Shown here: positions 9,385 through 16,676 of the stretch, one piece after another
Numbering within the stretch: the stretch's first letter is position 1
How the letters are laid out: the number at the start of each line of letters is the position of its first letter
Source: Candidatus Nitrospinota bacterium M3_3B_026
Lineage (GTDB): Bacteria > Nitrospinota_A > UBA7883 > JBPRGF01
NCBI GenBank assembly: GCA_051418015.1
Contig: JBPRGF010000033.1
Span: 52,298 to 116,297 of the forward strand
Length of the DNA: 64,000 nt
Reading direction: 5' to 3'
Program-made: the position numbers and the translations under genes
Notes under the pieces: generated by a model
Seen by the model: the letters and a program-made list of their open reading frames with translations, nothing else
What the model was told of the DNA's origin: nothing
Database searches by the model: none

Positions 9385-10188
9385 ATGAGTTGCGTGGAAT
9401 TCAGGGAGCTATTGTGGGATTTCTCCTCCGGGGCGCTTCCGGGGGACGAGGCCCGGCGGGTGGAGGAGCATGTCTCTGGCTGTCCCTCCTGCGCCGGGGA
9501 GCTTGAGTTCGTAGGGGAGATGAGGTCGAATCTTGCCGTCTCCCCGGGCGCCGAGGCGCGGGAGGGCGCCCACCGCGCCCTTGCCAGAGCGCGCGCGAGG
9601 ATAGAAGAAGACGAAAGGCGGGCCGCCGGAGCCTGGGCTTTTTCGGGCTTTCCGGTCTTCAAGCCGCTTGTGGGGGCGTTCGCCGCCGCGGCGGTCCTTG
9701 CCCTGGCGATCATCGCCGTATGGCCCGGGCGGACGGCGGCCGTCGGCCTGGACGCGATGATATCCCAGCACCTGGTCTGCATCATCAAGGGCCACCACGC
9801 CAACTACGAGTGCGACACCGAAGCGGAGTTTGTGGAGATGGCCCTGGCCGAGATCGGCGCCGCGCCGGTTCCCTTCAGCGCGGTTCCCGGCTCCTTCATA
9901 AAGGGCGACATGTGCAGGATAGACAGCACAAACGCCGCCCACGCCCTGTTCGACGCGGACGGTGATATAGTCTCCTATTTCCAGTTCAAAGACGCCTCGG
10001 GAGGGCTGATGAAAGGCGAGGCCGTGAAAAAGATCGGGGCGGGCGCGTGGAGGTACTCCTCCAGGGGGCACGAGATGATAATAGTGAAAGAAGACGGCGG
10101 CGTATATTCCGTCTACACCTCCCGCATGGCGTTCCCGGAGCTATTGGGCTTCGTGGAGAGCGCAAGGCGCCCGGCGCCGCGGACATGA
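9385..10188 (+). CDS. Zinc-binding (zf-HC2) transmembrane anti-sigma factor
   Basis: N-terminal Cys plus HVSGCPSC (HxxxCxxC), one TM helix, periplasmic domain with His/Cys; follows the ECF sigma. Confidence 0.88.
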   Translation: MSCVEFRELLWDFSSGALPGDEARRVEEHVSGCPSCAGELEFVGEMRSNLAVSPGAEAREGAHRALARARARIEEDERRAAGAWAFSGFPVFKPLVGAFAAAAVLALAIIAVWPGRTAAVGLDAMISQHLVCIIKGHHANYECDTEAEFVEMALAEIGAAPVPFSAVPGSFIKGDMCRIDSTNAAHALFDADGDIVSYFQFKDASGGLMKGEAVKKIGAGAWRYSSRGHEMIIVKEDGGVYSVYTSRMAFPELLGFVESARRPAPRT

Positions 10189-10498
10189 TATCAGCCCGTC
10201 ACGGAAAAACACCCGGATCAGACCTCCGTTGATTTGGGGGCGAACGTTTCAGATAAATCCTGCGCAGCGCTCAGGACGATTGCCTGCGCATATGTTCTTT
10301 TCGTTATGCGATCTTTGATATGGATGAGCGGATTTGATCCGAAACGCTGACAAAAGAGAAAAGGAGTGAAATACATGCAGGTGGTCTTCGAAGTCAATCC
10401 TCCATCTGCTGTAAAGAAAGAAAAGAATCATTTTTTTTCATATCCCGCTGCGAGAGGGGAACGCTTGACGAAGTTCTAAGGGAATGCGGCTTAACGTC

Positions 10499-12025
10499 TC
10501 ATCCCAGCTTGTGAATGCCCACTCCAAAGGGGATGTCCGAAGGCGCGAGCGGCGGGACTGATCCGGCGCCGATCCTCTCGAGCAGGGCGCGCCCGGAAGC
10601 TCCGGCGGCAAGGCCGGGGGTGAACGCGGTGTAAAGGGTCCTGCCGGGCGTCTCTTTTACCACCTTTCCATCCTTTGCGATAAGCTCCCCATTTTTGATC
10701 ACCCACGCGGGGCGGGAGAACATCCGCTCGTAGTCATCATCCTTTTTGTATATGGCGACGTCCGCGTCCGCTCCAACGGCCAGCGTCCCCTTGCCAGAGA
10801 GGCCCAGCCTGCGCGCGGGGGCGGCTCGTGTTATGACGGTGATCTCGTACAGGGTGTATTCCCTGCTTATCTCCCGCAACGCCGAGTGTTCCATCGCCTC
10901 CGGGTGTATCCTCGCAAGCTCCTCGCGCCGGAAGGCTGCGTCCATCAGCAACCGCACGATGTAGGGGTACGCCGTAAACGGCCCGCCGTTGGGATGATCG
11001 GTCGAAAGGGTCACTTGCCACGGGTTCTCCGTCAGCAGCGCAAGCTCCAGCCCGGCGGCCCACTGGACGCTGTTCACCCGGGACTCGCGCCTGTAATGGT
11101 ATGGCGTGGTGAAATAGAACATCTCCCCCGGCTCCGCGCCATTCTCCTTATCCGCCAGGCCGGTTATTCCCCGCAGCCGCCGGGCCAGCCTCTCGTCGGT
11201 GGTGACCGTGCTGGCCGGCTCGAAGACGACCTGCCCGATGTCGAATGTCACGCTCGGGTTGTCGTTCACCGCCCGCGCCACCTGCGCCGCCTCGGAGGAA
11301 AAATCCTCCCCATAGAGGTAGAACTGCAGGTGGGCAAGGTGCGCATGGCGGCCTTCGAGAGCTTTTATGGTGTCCAGGGCGGTCTTGAAATTTCCCGGCA
11401 GGCCGATGTTGTTCATGTGCAGGTGGAGAGGGTGGGGCAGCCCGGCCTCCGCCACGGCTTCCGCCGCGCCCGTGATGATCCTCCTCGGAGACAGGCCGAA
11501 CCCGCTCAAAGGCTCGTCCAGGCCGTGGAAGGCGTGGACGCCGCCGGGCAGGTACTCCCCGCCGGGGTTCGAAAGCTTCAGGGAAAGGGCTCCTGACGCG
11601 GCGACGATCAGCGACGCCAGTTCGGCCGCCTCGCGCCGTCCATCCTCCTCCAGCGCCTTCAGGGCGAACGGGGCGTCAGGGAGAATAGCCAGCAGCGCCT
11701 TGTCCACCTGGGGAATCAGCGAGGCCGTCTCGTGGGCGCGGCGGGCGAGCGCTGGATGAACGGCGGGATCCACCACCGTCGTGTAGCCCATGGCGCCATA
11801 TGAAAGGCCCGCCCCCCGCGCCATGGCGGCCACAGGTGGCGCCACGAGGTGGGTGTGAATATCCACGCCCGCTGGCATGACCACGTGGCCGCGCGCGTCT
11901 ATCACCTCGGCGCCGTCCCCCGCGTTCGCGGCGATTTTCCCTTCCCGGACGTGGACCGTCCGCCGGGCGCCGTCCTCTCCCGCGGCGGGGTCGATCACCT
12001 CGCCGTTTTCTATCCGCAAGCTCAT
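10499..12025 (-). CDS. fwdA: Formylmethanofuran dehydrogenase subunit A / FhcA-like amidohydrolase
   Basis: DIHTH, LKLSNPGG, HPLHLHMNNIGLPGN, LAHLQFYLYG, STDHPNGGPFTAYP, REYTLYEITVITRAAPARRLGL; start MSLRIENG. Confidence 0.82.
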   Translation of the reverse strand: MSLRIENGEVIDPAAGEDGARRTVHVREGKIAANAGDGAEVIDARGHVVMPAGVDIHTHLVAPPVAAMARGAGLSYGAMGYTTVVDPAVHPALARRAHETASLIPQVDKALLAILPDAPFALKALEEDGRREAAELASLIVAASGALSLKLSNPGGEYLPGGVHAFHGLDEPLSGFGLSPRRIITGAAEAVAEAGLPHPLHLHMNNIGLPGNFKTALDTIKALEGRHAHLAHLQFYLYGEDFSSEAAQVARAVNDNPSVTFDIGQVVFEPASTVTTDERLARRLRGITGLADKENGAEPGEMFYFTTPYHYRRESRVNSVQWAAGLELALLTENPWQVTLSTDHPNGGPFTAYPYIVRLLMDAAFRREELARIHPEAMEHSALREISREYTLYEITVITRAAPARRLGLSGKGTLAVGADADVAIYKKDDDYERMFSRPAWVIKNGELIAKDGKVVKETPGRTLYTAFTPGLAAGASGRALLERIGAGSVPPLAPSDIPFGVGIHKLG

Positions 12026-12081
12026 GGGATCATGATAGTACTTCAGGCGGGGATTTTTCGGCATACGCCCCAGGCGCGGTC

Positions 12082-12118
12082 AAAAAAAACGGGCCGGACA
12101 TGAAAGATATCCGGCCCG
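12082..12118 (-). terminator. Rho-independent terminator
   Basis: Stem CGGGCCGGA/TCCGGCCCG followed by 8 T on the minus strand, just after the 12143-12727 gene. Confidence 0.8.
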
Positions 12119-12142
12119 CTTGAGCGGCTGGAAGGGGCTTGA

Positions 12143-12727
12143 TCAGAAAAGAGGATGTATGGGTTTATCGAACCCGAACCTTTTCATCTCCTTCCCGGCC
12201 GTTCCGATAAGCCGCCACGCTCCGTTTTCCCGCGCCAGCACGTGGTCGTTGTTTATCCAGTGGTCCAGCGCTATGGAATAGGCGTCGCTCTCGCCTTTCG
12301 GCGTGCCCATGAGAATCCCGCTGCAGCGGATGATCACCGCCGGGCTCTCGTTCGACGAGGTCAGAAACCGCATGTTATGCTTGGTGTAAAGCCTGTCGAA
12401 CCGTTCGAAGACCGATCTCCACACGCGCTCGATGGATTCTTTCGTGTGGGGGCCGTTGGCGTAACTTTCGGAGTAGAGGCTCATCAGGGCGTCGATGTCC
12501 TTGTCCCGGATGGACTGCTCGGCTTTATGGAAAAAATCGATCAGCTTCCCGGCCACCTTCTCGCCAACCAAGTCCTTGGACTTCTGATCGAAAAATACGT
12601 ATGGATACTCGCGTGAGCCCGCCTCGGCCCATGTGGGCGACAAGGCCCCTCCGACGGCCAGGGCTCCAAGCAGGGCAAGGAAAGCCATGGACGATTTGGA
12701 TATGGCCGATATGGTTTTTACTAGCAT
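12143..12727 (-). CDS. Exported NTF2/SnoaL-like protein
   Basis: Signal peptide; KDIDALMSLYSESY and LARENGAWRLIG NTF2-type pattern; ends GFDKPIHPLF. Confidence 0.7.
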   Translation of the reverse strand: MLVKTISAISKSSMAFLALLGALAVGGALSPTWAEAGSREYPYVFFDQKSKDLVGEKVAGKLIDFFHKAEQSIRDKDIDALMSLYSESYANGPHTKESIERVWRSVFERFDRLYTKHNMRFLTSSNESPAVIIRCSGILMGTPKGESDAYSIALDHWINNDHVLARENGAWRLIGTAGKEMKRFGFDKPIHPLF

Positions 12728-12807
12728 GATGTTGTCCCCGAATATAAAGTTGTTCTCCGGAATCCCCCGGCCAGGGCCGCTCCCGAAGGAGCGGAAGAGG
12801 GCCTCCG

Positions 12808-12954
12808 TCAGGCGGCCTTCCTCCACTCGGGAGCCTCGGCCGGCGCCGCTTCGATGAGTTTCTCCCTGGCGCCCGGAGCCGGAACGCTCGTCACGAAATA
12901 AGCAAGCCAGGCGGCAAAAACAATCGCCGCCACGATGAATATCAAGGTCTCCAT
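12808..12954 (-). CDS. 48-aa single-TM small protein
   Basis: METLIFIVAAIVFAAWLAYFVTSVPAPG...; strong RBS GGAGGT; sigma54 site about 70 bp upstream. Confidence 0.7.
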   Translation of the reverse strand: METLIFIVAAIVFAAWLAYFVTSVPAPGAREKLIEAAPAEAPEWRKAA

Positions 12955-13025
12955 AACCACCTCCCGCTCCTGTTTGAATCCAGGCAGCTGTCGTAAGGTT
13001 TTCTCGATTTCTATACTCATTCTAA

Positions 13026-13042
13026 AGCAATCCTTGCGCCAA
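13026..13042 (-). promoter_or_regulatory. Sigma54 -24/-12 promoter
   Basis: Minus strand TTGGCGCAAGGATTGCT = GG-N10-GC; AT-rich IHF-like tract immediately upstream. Confidence 0.75.
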
Positions 13043-13093
13043 ACTAATTGCTTGAAAAATAAAGATATATATAAAGCCCGCCGGGGAGTATCA

Positions 13094-13105
13094 GACAAAA
13101 ATGTC
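13094..13105. promoter_or_regulatory. Candidate enhancer-binding-protein site GACA-N4-TGTC
   Basis: GACAAAAATGTC inverted repeat about 50 bp upstream of the sigma54 site, with a further GACATTTT half-site nearby. Confidence 0.45.
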
Positions 13106-13159
13106 AGGCGTGAGACATTTTCGGGGGTAAAGTGGGATTTGTCCGTGTGTTAATAAAGT

Positions 13160-15082
13160 TTATCCGCGCCTCGGGCGGCCGGCAAGCACGCGCCTGCCCT
13201 TGTCGTCTGTTCTTTTCGTAAGCCCCTGCGCGTCGAAGTGCTCCAGCAGCTCGATGGCGGTCTTCCTGCCGGCGCCAAGCAGGTCGCGGTACCTTCCCGT
13301 CTCCACGTGTCCGGCTCTTTCGATTTCGTCCATGAGCGCTTTTTTCGCCTTCTCCAGCGTCTCCCTGCTCAGGGCGAAGCCCGGCGCGATGTAGACGAGG
13401 TCTCCCGCCTGGACGAGTGCCCGGATCATCTTCGCCGTCTCGTCCCTCTTCATCCCGGTGAGTTTTTCCAGCGCGCCGGTTTTGGGAGGGTTGAGCCCGT
13501 TTTCCTCGAAAATGGCGAGGATTTTACGCCTGGCCTCCTCGTCGGCGCCGATGAACGCGGCGGCCCTGCCGGGCAGTTTCACGATGGAGCCTTCACGCTC
13601 GATCCGCCCCAGCCCCTCAACCCGGCGGACCCATCGGGCCGCGACGGCCTCGTCCATGCCTCTCATGGCGGTTTTCACGAGGTAGGACTCCTCCACTCCG
13701 GCGAGGGAAGGATGTTTCCCGTGAAACATTTTCACCTCCCCGGCGACAAGCTCCACGAGCCTTTTCTCCTCGGCGATGGTATAGGCGAGGCGTTCCCCCT
13801 TCAGCTCGAAAGTCCTTATCCCTCCGTTCTTTTCGAGGATGGAGTCGATCCGCATCTCGGGGAGGTTGAAGACGGCGGTGATTTCCTTCAGCGGCCTGCC
13901 CCATGGCTTTTGACCGACGAACGCCGCGACGCCGGTCTCCAGGTTTTTCAGCTCCTCCCATTTTTTCATCTTCGACTTAAGCCCCCGCCGCCCCATCGGC
14001 CCTCCGCCAGGCTCCAGGACAACCCCGCCTCCCAGGGTGTGGCTGGCCGAGGAGGAGCGCAGGATGAACCTGTCGCCGTGGAGGATGTTCAGGGGCTCGC
14101 CGAAGCGGACCTGGGCCACGGCGCTCTCTCCCGGCTTCAGGCTTTTGTCGGAGGCCAGGTAGACGCGGCAGAGCGTTTCGGCCGTGTTGATATGCAGCAT
14201 GTACGTCCTGCCGTGGGCTATGGTGAAAGGCGACGAGCGGTGACAGGAAAGGCTGGCGGTGAAGATGGCGCTCTCCGTGGCGATGGCCGCGTCGACCACC
14301 GTCATCCCGCGGCTGATCCGCGCCTTCTCCGGCCCGGCGAGGTTCAGGGCGGTCCTGACCCCCGCCGCGGCGTTTTGGGCCGGCTCGCCGTGGTTCTGTA
14401 TCCCCCGGACGCGCCCCTTAAGGCCGCCGGGGACTATCACCAGCCTGTCGTCCACTTTCGCCCTGCCGCTTAAGACCGTCCCCGTCACCACGACGCCGTG
14501 ACCCTTTATGGTGAAGACGCGGTCGATCGGCAGCCTGAAGAAGGCGTCGGTGTTTTTCGGCGGCGTGGCCAGGGCGAGCCTTTCAAGCTCCGCGGCCAGC
14601 TCTTCGAGCCCCTCCCCCGTGACGGACGAGCAGGGGATTATCCTGGCGCCTTTCAGGGAGGATTTTTCGATAAGCTCCGCCACATCCACGAGGGCAAGCT
14701 CCAGCGTCTCCTCGTCCACGAGGTCGATCTTCGTCAGGGCGACGACGCCCCTTGGCGCCCCCAGTGTCTCCATGATCGCAAGATGCTCCACCGTCTGCGG
14801 CATGACCCCGTCGTCGGCGGCCACGACGAGCAGGGCCACGTCTATCCCCGCCGCCCCGGCCACCATGTTGTGGACGAACCGCTGATGGCCCGGGACGTCC
14901 ACCACGCCGACGCTCGCGCCGCCGGGGAGTTCCAGTTTCGCGAAGCCGATATCGATGGTGATGCCGCGGCGCTTTTCCTCCTTGAGTCTGTCCAGGCTGG
15001 CCCCGGCGAGGGCTTCGATGAGCCTCGTCTTGCCGTGGTCGATGTGCCCGGCGGCGCCTATGACGCAGCTTAGAAGAGACAC
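13160..15082 (-). CDS. selB: Selenocysteine-specific translation elongation factor SelB
   Basis: GHIDHGKT, EEKRRGITIDIGF, DVPGHQRF, FRLPIDRVFTIKGHG, C-terminal winged helix GRKTAIELLEHFD. Confidence 0.92.
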   Translation of the reverse strand: MSLLSCVIGAAGHIDHGKTRLIEALAGASLDRLKEEKRRGITIDIGFAKLELPGGASVGVVDVPGHQRFVHNMVAGAAGIDVALLVVAADDGVMPQTVEHLAIMETLGAPRGVVALTKIDLVDEETLELALVDVAELIEKSSLKGARIIPCSSVTGEGLEELAAELERLALATPPKNTDAFFRLPIDRVFTIKGHGVVVTGTVLSGRAKVDDRLVIVPGGLKGRVRGIQNHGEPAQNAAAGVRTALNLAGPEKARISRGMTVVDAAIATESAIFTASLSCHRSSPFTIAHGRTYMLHINTAETLCRVYLASDKSLKPGESAVAQVRFGEPLNILHGDRFILRSSSASHTLGGGVVLEPGGGPMGRRGLKSKMKKWEELKNLETGVAAFVGQKPWGRPLKEITAVFNLPEMRIDSILEKNGGIRTFELKGERLAYTIAEEKRLVELVAGEVKMFHGKHPSLAGVEESYLVKTAMRGMDEAVAARWVRRVEGLGRIEREGSIVKLPGRAAAFIGADEEARRKILAIFEENGLNPPKTGALEKLTGMKRDETAKMIRALVQAGDLVYIAPGFALSRETLEKAKKALMDEIERAGHVETGRYRDLLGAGRKTAIELLEHFDAQGLTKRTDDKGRRVLAGRPRRG

Positions 15083-15103
15083 GGCGTCAGGCGCGGCGGC
15101 GCG

Positions 15104-16060
15104 TCACTTCAGCCATCCGCGCTCCCTGTAATACTTTTCGGCGCCGGGGTGGAGCGGGGCGGAGAGCCCTTCCAGCATCTTTTGCGGCTCCAGGCCCCCA
15201 AGGGCGGAATGGGTTTTTCTGAACTTATCGAAATTCTCGAAGACGGCTTTCACGACGTTGTAGACGACATCACCGGGAAGGGCCGTGGTGGCAAGGAGCG
15301 TGGCCCTCACGGCGAAGGTCTCCACGGGCTCGGCGACGCCCGGGTAGACGCCGCCGGGTATCCGCGTCCGGACGTAATAGGGCCTGCCCGCCGTCAACGC
15401 TTCGAGGGTCGCTCCATCCACGGGGACAAGGGTTATGGAGGCGGAGGAGGCCACGTCCATGATGTTGGCCGATCCCACGCCGACGGTGTAGCAGTAGGCG
15501 TCGATCCTGCCGTCGCGAAGGTAGTTCGGCGCCTCGGTGGCGTTCAGATTCTGGGCGCTGATGTCGCCGAGCCCCAGGGGCGCCACGCTGAACAGCGCCG
15601 CGGCGCTCGATCGCTGGCCGGAGCCGGGGTTGCCTATGTTCACCCGTTTTCCCTTGAGGCCGGCGAGCGTCTCGATCCCGGCGTCCTTCCTGGCCACGAT
15701 GTGAAAAGGCTCCTCGTGCAGGCTGAAGAGCGACCGCAGGTTTTCAACCTTCCGGCCCTTGTATTCCCCGGCGCCATGGTAGGCCCTGTGGGCCACGTCG
15801 GACTGGACGAGGCCCATGTCCAGCTCGCCCACGGACATGGAGTTTACGTTGTAAGTCGAGCCGCCGGTGCTCTCCACGGTGGCGCGGATTCCGTTCTCAT
15901 CGCTTTTTTCGTTCACTATCTTCGCGATGGCCCCGGCGGCGGGATAATAAATTCCGGTAACGCCTCCAGCCCCGATGGTGAGGTATCGCCTGGCGGCGGC
16001 TTCGTCCGGGAGGGCCGCCGCCAGCGCCAGAGCCGCCAGCGTAATGTGAAAAATTTTCAT
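15104..16060 (-). CDS. TAXI-family TRAP solute-binding protein
   Basis: Signal peptide; GGVTGIYY, STGGSTYN, GKRVNIGNPGSG, PLHPGAEKYYRERG. Confidence 0.9.
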   Translation of the reverse strand: MKIFHITLAALALAAALPDEAAARRYLTIGAGGVTGIYYPAAGAIAKIVNEKSDENGIRATVESTGGSTYNVNSMSVGELDMGLVQSDVAHRAYHGAGEYKGRKVENLRSLFSLHEEPFHIVARKDAGIETLAGLKGKRVNIGNPGSGQRSSAAALFSVAPLGLGDISAQNLNATEAPNYLRDGRIDAYCYTVGVGSANIMDVASSASITLVPVDGATLEALTAGRPYYVRTRIPGGVYPGVAEPVETFAVRATLLATTALPGDVVYNVVKAVFENFDKFRKTHSALGGLEPQKMLEGLSAPLHPGAEKYYRERGWLK

Positions 16061-16109
16061 GAAAAAAACCTCCGATAATTGGCGAAACGGATGGCGTTCT
16101 CTCTCAGGG

Positions 16110-16598
16110 TCAGTCGATCATGTAATGCGAAAGCCTGTCCCACGAAAGGCCGAAGAGAATCAGCACAAGCCCCGCCCAGCCGGAGGACGACCAGTTCAGC
16201 CAGAATTGCAAAAGCTTCATATGCTCATATACCCCGCCTTCCCCCAGCTCGTAGGGGGGAGCCCCGCGAGGAGCGAAGGTGCCCGGATCGGTCAAAATCA
16301 TCAGGCCGCCCGCGATGACGCAGACAAGCCCCACCAGGTCCCTGTGCCCGCTCATCCAGACCAGGAGAGGGGATTGGCGCGTCCGGCCGCTCATTATCGG
16401 CGCCACCTCGAAGACGCGGCTGGAGTCCTCGCGCAGCACCTGTCTTATAACGTCGCGGCGAGCCGCCTCCCAGTCCTCGTCGGAGATCACCCCGTCGCCG
16501 TCCCTGTCGTATTTCGCGAGCAGGGTGGGTTTGGACTTCAGGGCGCGCAGCTTGGCTATAACCAGCTTTTTCTGTCTGTCATTGAGCCTTCTTTCCAT
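16110..16598 (-). CDS. Hypothetical membrane protein with EF-hand-like loop
   Basis: DRDGDGVISDEDW loop followed by two hydrophobic segments. Confidence 0.6.
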   Translation of the reverse strand: MERRLNDRQKKLVIAKLRALKSKPTLLAKYDRDGDGVISDEDWEAARRDVIRQVLREDSSRVFEVAPIMSGRTRQSPLLVWMSGHRDLVGLVCVIAGGLMILTDPGTFAPRGAPPYELGEGGVYEHMKLLQFWLNWSSSGWAGLVLILFGLSWDRLSHYMID

Positions 16599-16676
16599 GG
16601 GTCAAATTTATCACAAATCCACGCCGGGGAGGGAAGGTATGAAAAACATAACATGCCATGGAGATGACCCGCGCGC

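Noticed and set aside
13160-15082. Selenoprotein genes or selA/selC/selD next to selB
   Set aside because: No tRNA-Sec, selA or selD seen, and neighbouring genes end at plausible stops with no evident readthrough continuation.
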